Assembly (NCBI GenBank): GCA_951406725.2
Contig: OX597828.1
Location: 15,128,001 to 15,192,000 of the forward strand
Source: Octopus vulgaris
Lineage: Eukaryota
DNA: 64,000 nucleotides
Direction: 5' to 3'
A program made the position numbers and the translations under genes. A model generated the notes under the pieces. It worked only from the letters and a program-made list of their open reading frames with translations. It searched no databases and was not told where the DNA came from. Of this stretch, positions 37,834-51,493 are shown in pieces; the stretch's first letter is position 1; every line of letters begins with the position of its first letter.

Positions 37834-39156
37834 TCTTTTATTCTTTTACTTGTTTGTCATTTTGACTGCGGCCATGCTGGAGCACTGCCTTTAGTCAAGC
37901 AAATCGACCCCAGGACTTATTCTTTGTAAGCCTAGCACTTGTTCTATTGGTCTCTTTCGCCGAACTGCTAAGTTACAGGGACATAAACATACCAGCATCA
38001 GTTGTCAAGCAATGTTGGGGAGACAAACACAGACATACAAACATATACACACACATATATACATGCATATATACGACGGGCTTCTTTCAATTCTGTCTAC
38101 CAAATCCACTCACAAGGCTTTGGTCAGCCCGAGGCTATAGTAGAAGATACTTGCCCAAGGTGCCACGCAGTGGGACTGAACCCGTAACCATGTGGTTGGT
38201 AAGCAAGCTACTTACCACACAGCCACTCCTGCGCCTTATTTAAATATTTAAAACATTTTTCATTTTTAAAATTAACAGTTAATAGCTTGAAAAATGATAA
38301 TTTTTTACTGACAAAAACTCATGTTGGACACTTAAGCAAAGTTGTTGCTGTTTATCCCCAGGTTAGTTCTAATCAAGTCAAGCAATAAGCATTCCATCAT
38401 TTTTCAAAATATGTCCTATCTTTTCCTAAAATGGTAGGGTATGATTTCAGGGAGATTTGGCTGCAATTTCTAACAGATCAAGTGACTGCATTGATTCAAA
38501 GTATTGTTGCTGTTTAGCCTCAGGTTAGCCTTAATGAAGCAGACCTACAATTAAAGGTATTCCAGCCATAACCATCCCATCTTTTTTCTATATGCAGAGA
38601 AGCCAGTTCTATATTATCCACTGTCACCTTTTCTAAGACGGTGGGGTGTGATTTAAAGGGAATTTGGCTGTTATTTCTAGCATATTGAGTGATCACATAA
38701 AGACTCCTCATGTTATTTAGCACGCGACCAATTCTGATCAATCAGATTCTTTTTTTTTTTATACTTGTTTCAGTCATTTGATTGTGGCCATGCTGGAGCA
38801 CCGCCTTTGGTTGAGCAAATTGACCCCAGGACTTATTCTTTGTAAACCTAGTACTTATTCTATCAGATCTTTTGCCGAACCGCTAAGTTACGAGAACGTA
38901 AACACACCAGCATCGGTTGTCAAGCGATTATGGGGGGACAAACACAGACACACACACATATCTATCTATCTGTATATATATATATATATATACACACATA
39001 CATATATACGACGGGCTTCTTTCAGTTTCTGCCTACCAAATCCACTCACAAGGCTTTGGTCAGCCCGGGGCTGTAGTAGAAGACTACAAGGTGCCACGCA
39101 GTGGGACTAAACCCAGAACCATGTGGTTTGTAAGCAAGCTACTTACCACACGGCCA
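37834..39156 (-). mobile_element. Two family A SINE copies (37834-38236 and 38762-39156)
   Basis: Reverse-complement full-length copies in ATG101 intron 5. Confidence 0.88.
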
Positions 39157-42100
39157 CTTGATCAAAGGTGTTCAGCCAAGATCTTTCCACTCATTTTTTA
39201 AATTAGTCATAGTGTCTCTAGGATTGTATTATCCAATATGCCCTTCCTTTTTTTTTTTTTTTAAGACACTAGAGCATAGTTTCTAGCAGATCAAGCAACC
39301 ACATAAAAATATTGCTTGTCAGCTCAACACAGCAAGGAATTTATACCAGAGGAGAAACAACAAAGCAAAGACGGTAAAAGAAAAAACATACAAAGTTCAA
39401 AAATAGACATGAAATGCTATGATGAGATGTAGTATCCAGTATAAGCAAAGAACCAAATAAAAACTAAGGAAAATCAATGAGAGTGAACATAAAGAGAGAA
39501 ACTGTAGATGTAATCAATAACTACTATCATTACTGGCATGAGTTTAAATAGTCTTAATTTGGGTAAAGAGAGAGCTGAATTAATTATGGTATTGGAGAAC
39601 TAACGAGAAAGTCTACAGTTCATATATTTAACAGTTGAATACTACAAAGCACCCCCAAGTACAACAGAAGAGAAAGCTACATGAGTTTTGGGTTTTTTAA
39701 AAAAATTTATCAACTCAGGAAGAAGGACTGTGTCCTTGACTGTATCCAAGGGTTCTGAGACTGATAAGTGGGAGGGAGGGAGGAACAAAGAACAGGACAA
39801 AGAACCAAAGCAAACACCACAAGTCCTTTAATCTAATGCTCAAAGCAAACATCACAAGTCCTTTAATCTAATGCTCAAACGATTCTGCTAGTCACCATCT
39901 TGTATCAGAGTGGGCTCCTTTGCTAAAGGCACCCAAGGCCCAACACAATGGATTAAGTCTAATCCCCAATTAAGCCAAGGTAAGATTCGAACTCAGAAAG
40001 CAAAGAACCAGAACAAATACCACAAAGCATCCCACCCAAAGCTCTAACAATTCTACTAGTCCACTGTCCTAGTCTGGCATTTTATTTATATCGACCCCCC
40101 CCCCACCTCCACTCTAAGAAGGATGAAAAGGCAAAATTGACCCCAATGGGATCTGAACTTAGAATGCAAGAAACTGGAATAATGCTTTAATGGTATTGCT
40201 AAGAATAGCAACCAAGCCTTCTTTAATCATATTTAATAAAGAGGACATACTGGATGGGTATTATAGTCCAGATATTATTTATTTTCTTACTTAAGCCTTT
40301 TGCTCCCTATGGAGTATAGGCCTTCGTCTCTCAGCTTTTGTTGATTTTGAATCAACATCAATGCTTCTGTAACTTTGTCTTGTCCATATAGGGGTGTTGG
40401 CCCTATACAAACCCATTTTTGTCTCTGAGAAGAGGTGGTTCATATTAGTCATGCCTCTATCCTTTGACCTGTCTAGCATGGAAGGCTCTACCAGAAGCTG
40501 GTATAGCTTCTCTCAAGGTCAACGAGGTACACAAGCTACCACACTACAACAATGACTGGACCCTAGGTGTTAAAAAAAGAGGACATATTGGAGATATAAT
40601 ATAGGTCCAGATATACTTTGAATAAAAAAATAGGATAGTTATAACTTGAACAGATTCCACCATAGGTGTGCATGATCAGAGTGGACTGACCTGGGCTAAA
40701 TACTTTTTCTTGTGTGCCAGACTCAGCTTATTCCACGGGAGAAAGTATCCATCATTTGGAGTGGGCTGGGGTTAGGTTCAACAGTTAGAGAATGCCTCTA
40801 CATGGTCAAGTGACCATGTAGAGGAATTCTACAGACAAATATCCCTTATATAACACTCTACTGTATTTTTAAAAAATGGGTAGGGCATGTGAAATAATAA
40901 GGTCCTAAATGTGTCAGAAAAATAAAAGGCAGGATTGTCATGTATGGAATACTTTTGATCCTCACCAACAACAATAAACAGTTTTGCTTTCTTGCAATGC
41001 CAAGTTTAACTCATTCCAAGTGTCTATCATTTTGTAACATGGGTAAGGCTTTGGTCCAACAACCCTTCTTTGTAAAACATACAACACTGCAGAACTGAAT
41101 GACCATAAGCACCACAGAATATTCAACCCTTTAGCATTTAAACTGGCCATATCTAGCCCAAATATTTTACCTGTTTTATTCTCAAACTGGCCAGATCTGA
41201 CCTCTCACACCTCTCCTACAATGTCATTCAAAACAATATGCAATCACAACATTGAAACCTTGAAGTTATAAGATGATGCAAGATGAATAAATAAGCATTA
41301 CATTTGACAGAGTAATCTGAATGTTAAGGGATTAAAGAATAGAAATGGAAACATTGTGTATGTATGATTAAGAAACTCACTTTGCAATCATGTGATTTTG
41401 GGTTTGGTTCCACTGTGTAGCACATCAAACAAATGCCTTTTACTATAACCCTGGACCAACTGATTCCTTGTGAGTGAACTTGGTAGACAGAAATTATGTG
41501 TGTGTATCATCATCATCATCGTTTAACGTCCGTTTTCCGTGCTAGCACGGGTTGGACGGTTCGACTGGGGTCTAGGAAGCCAGGAGGCTGCACCAGGCTC
41601 CAGTCTGATCTGGTAGTGTTTCTACAGTTGGATGCCCTTCCGAACACCAACCACTCCGTGAGCGTAGTGGGTGCTTTTTACGTGCCACCGGCCGGCACAC
41701 GTGCCAGGGGAGTCTGGCAGCGGCCATGATCGGTTGGTGCTCTTTATGTGCCACCGGCACAGAAGCCAGTCAAGGCGGCGCTGGCATCGGCCACATTCGG
41801 ATGGTGCTTTTTACGTACCACCGGCACAGAGGCCAGTCAAGGCGGCGCTGGCATCAGCCACATTTGGATGGTGCTTTTTACGTGCCACCGGCACAGGTAT
41901 CACAGCTACTATTTCCATTTGATATTTATTTCGATGTTCATATATATATGCATATGTATGTGTGTGAGCTTGTTTGTTCCCCACCACTGCTTGACAACTG
42001 GTAATGGTTTGTGTGCATCCCCATAACTTAACAGAATAAATGCCAGACTTAAAATAAATACTGAGGATGATTCAGCAAGTCAGTGCCCCAGCATGACCAC

Positions 42101-42202
42101 AGTTCAATGATTGAAAGAAGCAAAAGATAAAAGATAATGGAAGTAAAGCAGAGAGGATAAGGTTACAGTTTTTTAAAAATCTTCTTCCCTTTCCTTAAGA
42201 TG

Positions 42203-42599
42203 TAGTCTGTGTGGTAAGTAGCTTGCTTACCAACCACATGGTTCTGGGTTCAGTCCCACTGCGTGACACCTTGGGCAAGCATCTTCTACTATAGCCTAGG
42301 GCTGACCAAAGCCTTGTGAGTGGATTTGGTAGACGGAAACTGAAAGAAGCCCATCGTATATATGTATATATATACACATGTATATTTATGTGTGTTTATA
42401 TGTTTGTGTTTGTTCCCCCAACCATCGCTTGACAACCGATGGTGGTGTGTTTACATCCCCATAACTTAGCGGTTCAGCAAAAGAGACCGATAGAATAAGT
42501 ACTAGGCTTCCACAGAATAAGTCCTGGGGTCGATTTGCTCGACTAAAGGTGGTGCTCCAGCATGGCAGCAGTCAAATGACTGAAACAAGTAAAAGAGTA
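42203..42599 (+). mobile_element. Family A SINE
   Basis: Near full-length copy; further copies at 45889-46203, 48017-48410, 52609-52968 and 60040-60513. Confidence 0.88.
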
Positions 42600-44141
42600 T
42601 AGCCTAAGAGATGTCCAATTCTAAGTTCAAATTCAACTGAGGTCAACATTGCCTTCCCCCTTCCAGGGTTGATAAATAACAGTGCAGAGCAGTAGACTGG
42701 TCGAATCATTAGAGCATCAAACCAGATGACTTGTGGTGCTTGTTTTGGCTCTTTGCATTGACTTCAAAATCCCCTCTGGTCTATTTACATGGGTGTTAGA
42801 CTTAGAACCCTTCTCTTCCAGTTTAACTCAACCACCTGGTCCTTTCACACTGAGTAACATACTTTCACCATTGGTCCCCATCTGCAGCTAGATCAACAGC
42901 TTCATTAAATCTAATATTACATCTAACTAGACCCTCATCAACCTGAACAATGTATGCTTTTCACTAAGTTCCTCCAATACAACAAGCTTCTGTAGTTTTT
43001 ATTTCCATGCTACATGTTTATTTCCTTTAACAATTAGTCAGAGAGAAGAGAGTACCCACGGACCTTTACAAGGTCCCAAGACTGGTAGGGAGTGAGGAAG
43101 AGGAAGGTTTCCTCAAATTGGAAACCCAACCGCAATGCTTGCAACAGGGGCTAGGTTTCTAATCCACTAAATACAAGAAAGGACCAGTAGGGATGTTAGT
43201 TAAACTGAGAGCAGGATTAAGTCTACCACCCACATAAAACACAGTGGGATTTGAACTCAGCACAAAGAACCAAAACAAACACCACAAGTCTTTTAATCTA
43301 ATGCTCTAACGATTCTGCTAGTCACCATCTAGACTGTTAATTAATTAACCCCAGAAGTATGAAAGACAGCATTGACCTTGGTTTGATTTGAACTCAGATT
43401 GCAACAAACCAAAATTTTCAAGGGATTTTTATCCAGTGCTCTAATGACCCTACAATTTTACTAACCAAAATCTACAATTTTGGATGTAAAATGTTTATCA
43501 GTTGAAAAAAGTCTAATTTTGCAATAAACCATTTGTTATTTGAGCAACTAAGTGATGCAATGTTAGGGGAAAATGTTGCATTCAAACCCAGCTAAAGGGA
43601 AGATATTGACTGAAACAGTGGCCTTGATGACTTTGTAAATGGCAAAGCCAATATTTTTTAGTGGTTCTTCTTCCTGATATAGTTTGCCAAGCCTGATTAA
43701 GAAAATTCAAAACTACTGATGTGGCATTGCAGTTGTGTCTGTGAGCAAGGCAGATAACTCTGCTTTCTCTAATTAGTTTCATTAAAATAAAAAACTCAAA
43801 CAGGTTTTATTCTTAACGTATGGTTGAGTGGTTAGTGATAGGGAAGGGCGTATAGTTGGAAAAATCAATTGATTTAACATTATGATAAATCAAACAAGCA
43901 CAAAACATCTCATCTAGTCATGCACTGGAAAATCAATCAATACAAAAATGCAAAAATAGCCAGGGCTGGCAGGCTGAAAGGCTGCACCAGACTCCAGTCT
44001 GATTTGGCATGGTTTTCTACAGCTGGATGCCCTTCCTAACGCAAACCACTCCAAGAGTGTCATGGGTGCTTTCACGTGCCGCTGGCATGGGTGCCATTTG
44101 CATGACACCAGTATCTAAAACGACTGCAATTTTGCTCAGCT

Positions 44142-44181
<40 letters not shown>

Positions 44182-45085
44182 TGTAAATAACAATTACAAG
44201 CTATGAGCATTGACTGTGCATTGGCCAAAGAAAATAGTCTAATATTGGGGCATATAGGCCCTCAACAGAAAAAAGTGATTATTAGTACATGTGGGAATTG
44301 AACTCACACCTCTTATATTCATGATAAGTGTGCTAACTGTGAATAGAGGAGGTGTGAGTTCGATTCCCACGTGTAGTAATACCCACTTTTTTCAGTCAAG
44401 TGCTTATTATTCACAGAATTTTCACTCATCACTGTTTCTTCACCTACTGCAGAACATATCTATATTTATTTATATTCAGTTGAATATGGTATTTAAGTTG
44501 AGGCACCATAATTTAGTATGGTATTATCCATACAATTTCAAAATAAGGTGATTAAAATCATAGTTACAACTGTGATGTTGTTGGTAAAATATGTTCTTTG
44601 TCTATCTATTTTGGGTAAAATTATACTAATGTGTCCTAATTTAATTAAATTCTATGTCTTTGTGCAGCTGAAGATTGCTCTACACTTTAAATTGATGATA
44701 TATTTATTTATTTATATAATCTTCATCATTGTTTTAACATATACTTTTCCATGCTTGCATAGGTCAAATGGAATTCACGGAGGCAGATTTTTTTTTATCA
44801 TATCTGGATGCCCTTCTTGTCACCAACTCTCATCTGTCATGAAGCAAAGTAATATTTCCTCATAGAAAACCATAAACAAAAAAGACATCACTTGTATGAA
44901 TTACAATTATCACAAGATGTTGAGGCAAGGAACCACACAGAGACACACACATTCAGTGAGCCTCTTTCAGGTTCCCTCCATGACATCCACCCACAATGCT
45001 TTGGTTGACTAGGAGCTATGCAGAAAGACACTTGCCAAAAGTGCCACACAGTGGGACTCACCCAGAATCACATGGTTACAAAGCA

Positions 45086-45320
45086 TGAAGGCGGCGAGCT
45101 GGCAGAAACGTTAGCACGCCGGGCGAAATGCTTAGCGGTATTTCGTCTGCGTTACGTTGTGAGTTCAAATTCCGCTGAGGTCGACTTTGCCTTTCATCCT
45201 TTCGGGGTCGATAAATTAAGTACCAGTTATGCACTGGGGTCGATGTAATCGACTTAATACCTATGTCTGTCCTTGTTTGTCCCCTCTGTGTTTAGCTCCT
45301 TGTGGGTAATAAAGAAATAC
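45086..45320 (+). mobile_element. Family B SINE with Tx1-like tail, nested in an older family A copy
   Basis: 11-bp TSD gttacaaagca at 45075-45085 and 45321-45331. Confidence 0.92.
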
Positions 45321-46553
45321 GTTACAAAGCAAATCTTTTAACCACACAGCTATGCCTACAACTACTTCAGGTTTTGGTTAGCTCAAGACTACAGTAAAAG
45401 ACAATTGCTTACAGGGCCCTACGAAGGGACAGCACCTACAACAACAGGGTTGAGAGGTGAACTTCTTAACCAAACAGCGATGTGTGCAAGCACACACACA
45501 CATATTTCATGTTTGTATTTGGTTTGCAAGATTCCTGATGTGAATTTGTGTGTTGAAACAAATTTTGTTGTCTTGGGAGTCATTATGCCAATAATAGTAA
45601 CACACACAGAGGTTCAATTCCACTTCTATACTATTAGTCAACTGGTTAATTATCTAACCAACTAACTGATCAATCGTTTGTTTAGTGTGTTGGTTAAACA
45701 ATCAATCGGTAACGCAGACCCTGGGCGTGAGTAGGAAGTCATGGGTCACTAAAAAGGTTGCAAACAGCAATGAAAGAACTTTGATGGACAAACAAACAAC
45801 TGATTCATTGTTTAACCAAGTTAAACAAACAAATTAATTGACTAATAATAAAGAAGTGGAACTGAACTTGTGCATGTGTAATTATTATTGGCACCTTGGG
45901 CAAGTGTCTTCAACTATAGCCTCGGGCCGACCAAAGCCTTGAGTGGAATTGGTAGACGGAAACTGAAAGAAGCCTGTCGTATATATATATATATATGTAT
46001 GTGTGTCTATATGCTTGTGTGTCTGTCCCCCCAACATTGCTTGACAACCGATGGTGAATGGGTTTCAGCAGTTTGGCAAAAGGGACCGATAGAATAAGTA
46101 GTAAGCTTACAAAGAATGTCTTGGGGCCGATTTGCTCGACTAAAGGCAGTGCTCCAGCATGGCTGCAGTCAAATGACAGAAACAAGTAAAAAAGTAAAGA
46201 GTATAATGACTCTCTCAAGACACAACAAAATATGTATATATACATGTGGGTATATATCTTTCAGAAACATATCAATAATGGATATACACATCAGAAGCAT
46301 AAACAAATTTTTTAAAAATCAATGCTTTACAAAGTCCCTCAAGATATTTGTTCTGCATCCAATTACAGACACTCTCTTGCCATCTCATCATCAGAATTGC
46401 AGTGAACCTGTGATTGAGTTCTTAGAAACATATATCACAAATGTTCACCAATTGTAATACTGAACAAAAATGCCAAATAAACTTCATATAATGATATATA
46501 AAATAGCATAGCAATATGATGTTGCTTAGCCCGAGGTCTTCCTTGCTTGAACA

Positions 46554-47400
46554 CAGTAGTTCTCAATCGTTTTTTACCAATGGACCGCTTTGATTTTTAT
46601 TTTACTTGGGTGGACACTCATAACCATTTGATGTTTAAAAAAATCCTATTATGATTTTAGAATTAAACAATATTAGGAATTGCATTAGAAAAAAAATATA
46701 TATTAGGAGTGGCTGTGTGGTAAGTAGCTTGCTTACGAACCACATTGTTCCAGGTTCAGTCCCACTGCATGGCACCTTGGGCAAGTGTCTTCTACTATAT
46801 ATTTCTTTACTACCCACAAGGGGCTAAACACAGACGGGACAAACAAGGACAGACAAACGGATTAAGCTGATTATATCGACCCCAGTGCGTAACTGGTACT
46901 TAATTTATCGACCCCGAAAGGATGAAAGGCAAAGTTGACCTTGGCGGGATTTGAACTCAGAACGTAACGGCAGACGAAATACGGCTACGCATTCCGCCTG
47001 GCGTGCTAATGTTTCTGCCAGCTCGCCACCTTACTATAGCCTCGGGCCGACCAAAGCCTTGTGAGTGGATTTGGTAGACGGAAACTGAAAGAAGCCCGTC
47101 GTATATATGTATTTGTCCCCCCCAACATTGCTTGACAACTGATGCTGGTGTGTTTACGTCCCCGTAACTTAGCGGTTCGGCAAAAGAGACCGATAGAATA
47201 AGTACTAGGCTTACAAAGAATAAGTCCTGGGGTCGATTTGCTAGACTAAAAGGTGGTGCTCCAGCATGGCCACAGTCAAATGACTGAAACAAGTAAAAGA
47301 GTAAAGAGTATATTTGGTGTATTGTAGAGGTATAAGCAATTTATTGCACATAAATTTTAACAAGAAAATATCTTATATGGACCCAATTTGAGAACCAATG
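46554..47400. mobile_element. hAT-like MITE containing a family A SINE (46706-47310), which contains a family B SINE (46800-47031, minus)
   Basis: Ends CAGTAGTTCTCAA / TTGAGAACCAATG with a degenerate 8-bp TSD cttgaaca / ctataaca; inner SINE TSD tactata. Confidence 0.8.
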
Positions 47401-47625
47401 CTATAACACATCTATGATTAAAGATGCTCCAGCCATGACCAGACTGACTTTTTTTCCAGACACACTATACATAAGACAACATTATCCAATGTCACTTTTT
47501 AAAAAAATAATGTTGGGTGTAATTTGAGGGGCATTTGCCTGTTATTTCTAGCATGTTGAGCGATTGTATAAAGGCTTGTAATATATCACTATTGATGTTT
47601 TTTTTTTATTAAAATATATAATTAC

Positions 47626-47724
47626 CTGACCAGTAGTTGCACCATTTGTCTTCCTCAAAGCATCTCGAAAAGATGCAATCTCTTTCTTTAGGTATCTATC
47701 CAGTTCATCTGATGAAACACGAAC
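47626..47724 (-). CDS. ATG101: ATG101 coding exon 5 (VRVSSDELDRYLKKEIASFRDALRKTNGATTGQ), 99 nt
   Basis: ttatag / gtaatt; phase 0-0; matches human [33 protein letters not shown]. Confidence 0.97.
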
Positions 47725-48761
47725 CTATAAAAAGACGAAAATTACCATTTTAGAATCACACAACAAGCTACTAACTATTAACTGTAGCTTATAATATGAA
47801 CTAACAAATAAGATTTCTTACTAAAATAAAGAAGAAGATAATGATAAAAACAAAGTTTTACTTAAGGCAAAAGAAACAAAATATGTTAATTATTCTCTGT
47901 GTTTGTAAAAGAGATGTCGATGTAAGTAGAGATATAGGTCATACAGTAATATAGTTTGGTGGTGGTGGTGGTGTTGGAAGGTGTATAACTATGTGATGTT
48001 AATGCAGTATTAATACAGGTGTAGTGTGGTTGTGTGGTAAGAAGTTTGCTTTCCAACCACATGGATACAGGTTCAGTCTCACTATGCGGCACTTTGGACA
48101 AGTGTGTACTACTATAGCTTTGGGCTGACCAAAGCCTTGAGTAGATTTGATAGACAAATTGAAACAAGCCTGTTATATAAATATATATATATCTGTGTGT
48201 GTGTGTGTGTTTGTCCCCACCACCACTTGACAACAGGTATTGGTGTGTTTACGTTCCCGTAACTTAGTGGTTCAGCAAAAATGATTGATAGAATGAGTAC
48301 TAAGCTTAAAAAAAGACTAAGTACTGGGGTCAATTAATTTGACTAAAAAGAAATTCTTCAAGTGGTACTCCAGTATGGCCACAGTCTAATGACTGAAGCA
48401 AGTAAATGAAAAAAAAAAAGAAGTTGGAAATATTTTTTTCAAATGAAGGATGGGTCAGAATGGGTAGGGGTGGGAGTGTTGGGTTCAGAAATAAAATACT
48501 GCAAAAAAAATAAATTTAAAAAACTGTTTTGGTAAATGTAGGTGTTTGGGTGTGATGAATTGTGATAAACAGTCAGGCAGTTGAGTGAGTCAGTAGTTTT
48601 AAATAGTGGAAAGGCAGTAGGGAGTGAATATTTGGCAAGTTTAAAAAGAGCACATTTAAAAGTTGTTGCATTGCCAAAAGAGTGAATGTGACAATGTAAC
48701 AATAGAAGGAAGCGGAGGAGGAAGACAGTGTAACTGTTGCACTACCATTAAAAAAGTTATA

Positions 48762-49080
48762 AAACGATAAACGTCGCCCTTTTCAAGCCTAACCAGGCTC
48801 ATGGGCCTGGTTTCCCGGTTTCTATGGAGTATGTGTTCACCCCAGCTGGACGGGACGCCAGTCCATCACAGCGTTACTCAAGAAACAGGAATGAGAGAGA
48901 GTGAGAGAAAGTTGGGGCGAAAGAGTACAACAGGGGTCGCCACCACCCTCTGCTGGAGCCTCGTGGAGCTTTTAGGTGTTTTTGCTCAATAAACACACAC
49001 AACGCCCAGTCTGGGAATTGAAACCACGATCCTCCGACCGCGAGTCCATTGCCCTAACCACTGGGCCATTGCGCCTCCAC
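48762..49080 (-). mobile_element. Family C SINE
   Basis: 13-bp TSD taaaaaagttata at 48749-48761 and 49081-49093. Confidence 0.9.
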
Positions 49081-50588
49081 TAAAAAAGTTATACCAATCT
49101 CATAAACTTTTTGATTTCCTTCCCTTATAACAACACTGACACTTTCCAAACTCCTCCAAAACACAGATTTTAGTTTCACAAGCACATAGTGTTATTGTTG
49201 TAGGAATTATACGGGGCAGCAGACCACCAGAATTTTCATTCTTCACTGTTCTTAATTCTAATCTTTCTGCCTCTTTACATCCAAACTGGTTAATCAAAAG
49301 AATGCCAAGCATGCTAACGTTGATTTCATTCTATTATTGTAGAGTCACTTCAGATGATGAGGTGGTCAAATTGAAAATCTTCCTTCGTTGTGCTCACAAT
49401 ACAAGAGTTTTAATTTGCCATTAATAATTCCTCTACACTTTGATACCAAATGCATCCAAAGTAGTCAGCTCTTGAAAATTCTTCAGTGTCATGAGTCTTT
49501 TCAATCCTTACTTTGTAAGTGTATGTAAAAATGATAAGAAAGCAAGCCAAAATTTTAACAAATTGGGTTTCGATTCCCTATCTTGATCAGCAAAGACCAA
49601 TCATCTTGAATCAATTTACTTTTCCAATGGATAAGTTTTTCTAATGTTTGCACTCTTCGAAGCCATCCAAATGCCTTAATTCTTAGAATTCCAAACTCTG
49701 TTCACTTGAGCACTCACCTGATTACTGAATGATATTTGTTTTTCACTGCCTGACTGGCCCTCGTGCTGGTGGCACACAAAAGCACCCTCTACACTCTCGG
49801 AAATGGTTGGCATTATGAAGGGCATCTAGCTGTAGAAACTCTGCCAGATCAGATTGGAGCCTGGTGCAGCCATCTGGTTTGCCAGTCCTCAGTCAAATCG
49901 TCCAACCCATGCTAGCATGGAAAGCGGACGTTAAACAATGATGATGATTAAATGTCCGACTGGCAATGGCTACTGGCTTTTCCACTGTGTACACTATGTG
50001 CATCCATTTAGCTAGAGCCTCCATCCTTGACTTCAAGAAACAGCTTTCAAAGCATTTATATTCCTTACACTGGAATCACTCGTTACACAGGTGAAAGACC
50101 CCCATATTTATACAACTATATATAAACATACATAAATGAATCAACATACCCATTATCAACTTTGATGATGAGTGTTCCTGTCTTACAACTTACAGAACTA
50201 CTTACTTTCTGAATTTTAGTGTAACTGGCTGAATATTCCACAGAAACTTGTACTCTTAATGTAATTCTAAGGTAGAATCAGCATAGTACTGTGTGACAAA
50301 GCTAGACCTATGAATTATAAAGACAGTTCAATCAATGGACTACAAACGTTCTGCCAACCCAGTTTCATTCACAAGGCTTGGGCTGACCCAAGGAAGACAT
50401 GGAAAGAAGTGGTGGAAGCTGATCTCAAGCATTTGAAGCTAACAAATGAGGTGACAAAGAATCACAACAAATGATGAGACACTGAGAATGAGAAGGGCCT
50501 TCTAACTATTACAAGTATAGAAAAGCAGGGAAGGTAATGATGACGATGACAATGATGATGATACACATGGAAACAATACAATACTTAC

Positions 50589-50669
50589 ATATGTAAAGTC
50601 AATGAAATCACAATCTATATCTGTCATACCAACAGTCCCAATTGAATATCCATCCTCTCGCCATGTAAA
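50589..50669 (-). CDS. ATG101: ATG101 coding exon 4 ([27 protein letters not shown]), 81 nt
   Basis: tttcag / gtaagt; phase 0-0; contains YSIGTVG and DCDFIDFTY, identical to the human ATG101 segments. Confidence 0.97.
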
Positions 50670-51420
50670 CTGAAAATAAAACAGAAAAATACTTTAATTT
50701 TGAGTTCATGATTTTCAGTACATGAATCAAAGAGAAGATTTAATAAGACATTTCTTTAGACTTTCAGAAAAAGGAACAACCTCTAAATTTTAATAAACTG
50801 GAAAAGAGACTACACAAATATAACATTAAATTCTAGGCCCTTATGTACCATAACATGGGGGTTATGAACTGATAAAGAGTTGGACAACTGACCAAATGTT
50901 CACCAATTCTAGCTTCAGTTTCACAACTATGCAGGGCACATAACTAACTCTAACATGTGTGTGTGTGTATTTTTCTTTGATATTTATTTAAGCCTTCTTC
51001 ATAGAATTCAAGCCAGTCACTAACAAAATGACAAGGCTTTTTTTGTCTAAGTCTAGAAGAGTCCCATGGATTTGTAAATAAGTAAGTTAGTATGCATATA
51101 CTATCATTAAAGTAATGGGTGCACATCTTTTTAGAACAAAGTGTGTGTGGGAGACACCTCTTTATGTATGCCATATATATGTACACATGTGATCCATCCT
51201 CATCATCAACATTGTGTATAATCATTCCAAGAAACTCAAATGGAGAATATTTGGAATGTTTCATATATATATATATATATATATTTTACCCTTATGGGGC
51301 TATCTTTTACTGGAAAGTAATACATTGAAACTTCTTTACTGTTCTCGTTCTGTTAACGTTTTGGTGTTCAGATGAGTATACTGGTATTGATGTGGCAACA
51401 TTTGGAATTTTGTCTAGGTA

Positions 51421-51493
51421 AATGCAGCTGATGAAGACTAATCAAATTTACATTGTCAAACGTTTTTGAAGAGTTAGAAACCGGTCCTGCATT
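51421..51493 (+). ncRNA. Minimal type I hammerhead ribozyme motif in a Penelope-like repeat (~51300-51680)
   Basis: Stem I AATGCAG/CTGCATT; core CTGATGA (51428-51434); stem II GACT..TCAAA / TTTGA..AGTT; GAAA-CCGG-TC with predicted cleavage after 51486. Confidence 0.7.

Noticed and set aside
49100-50100. BEL/Pao pol relic on the minus strand
   Set aside because: Only faint motifs (SDSTII, PVAIA) with many stops; not supportable without an HMM search.
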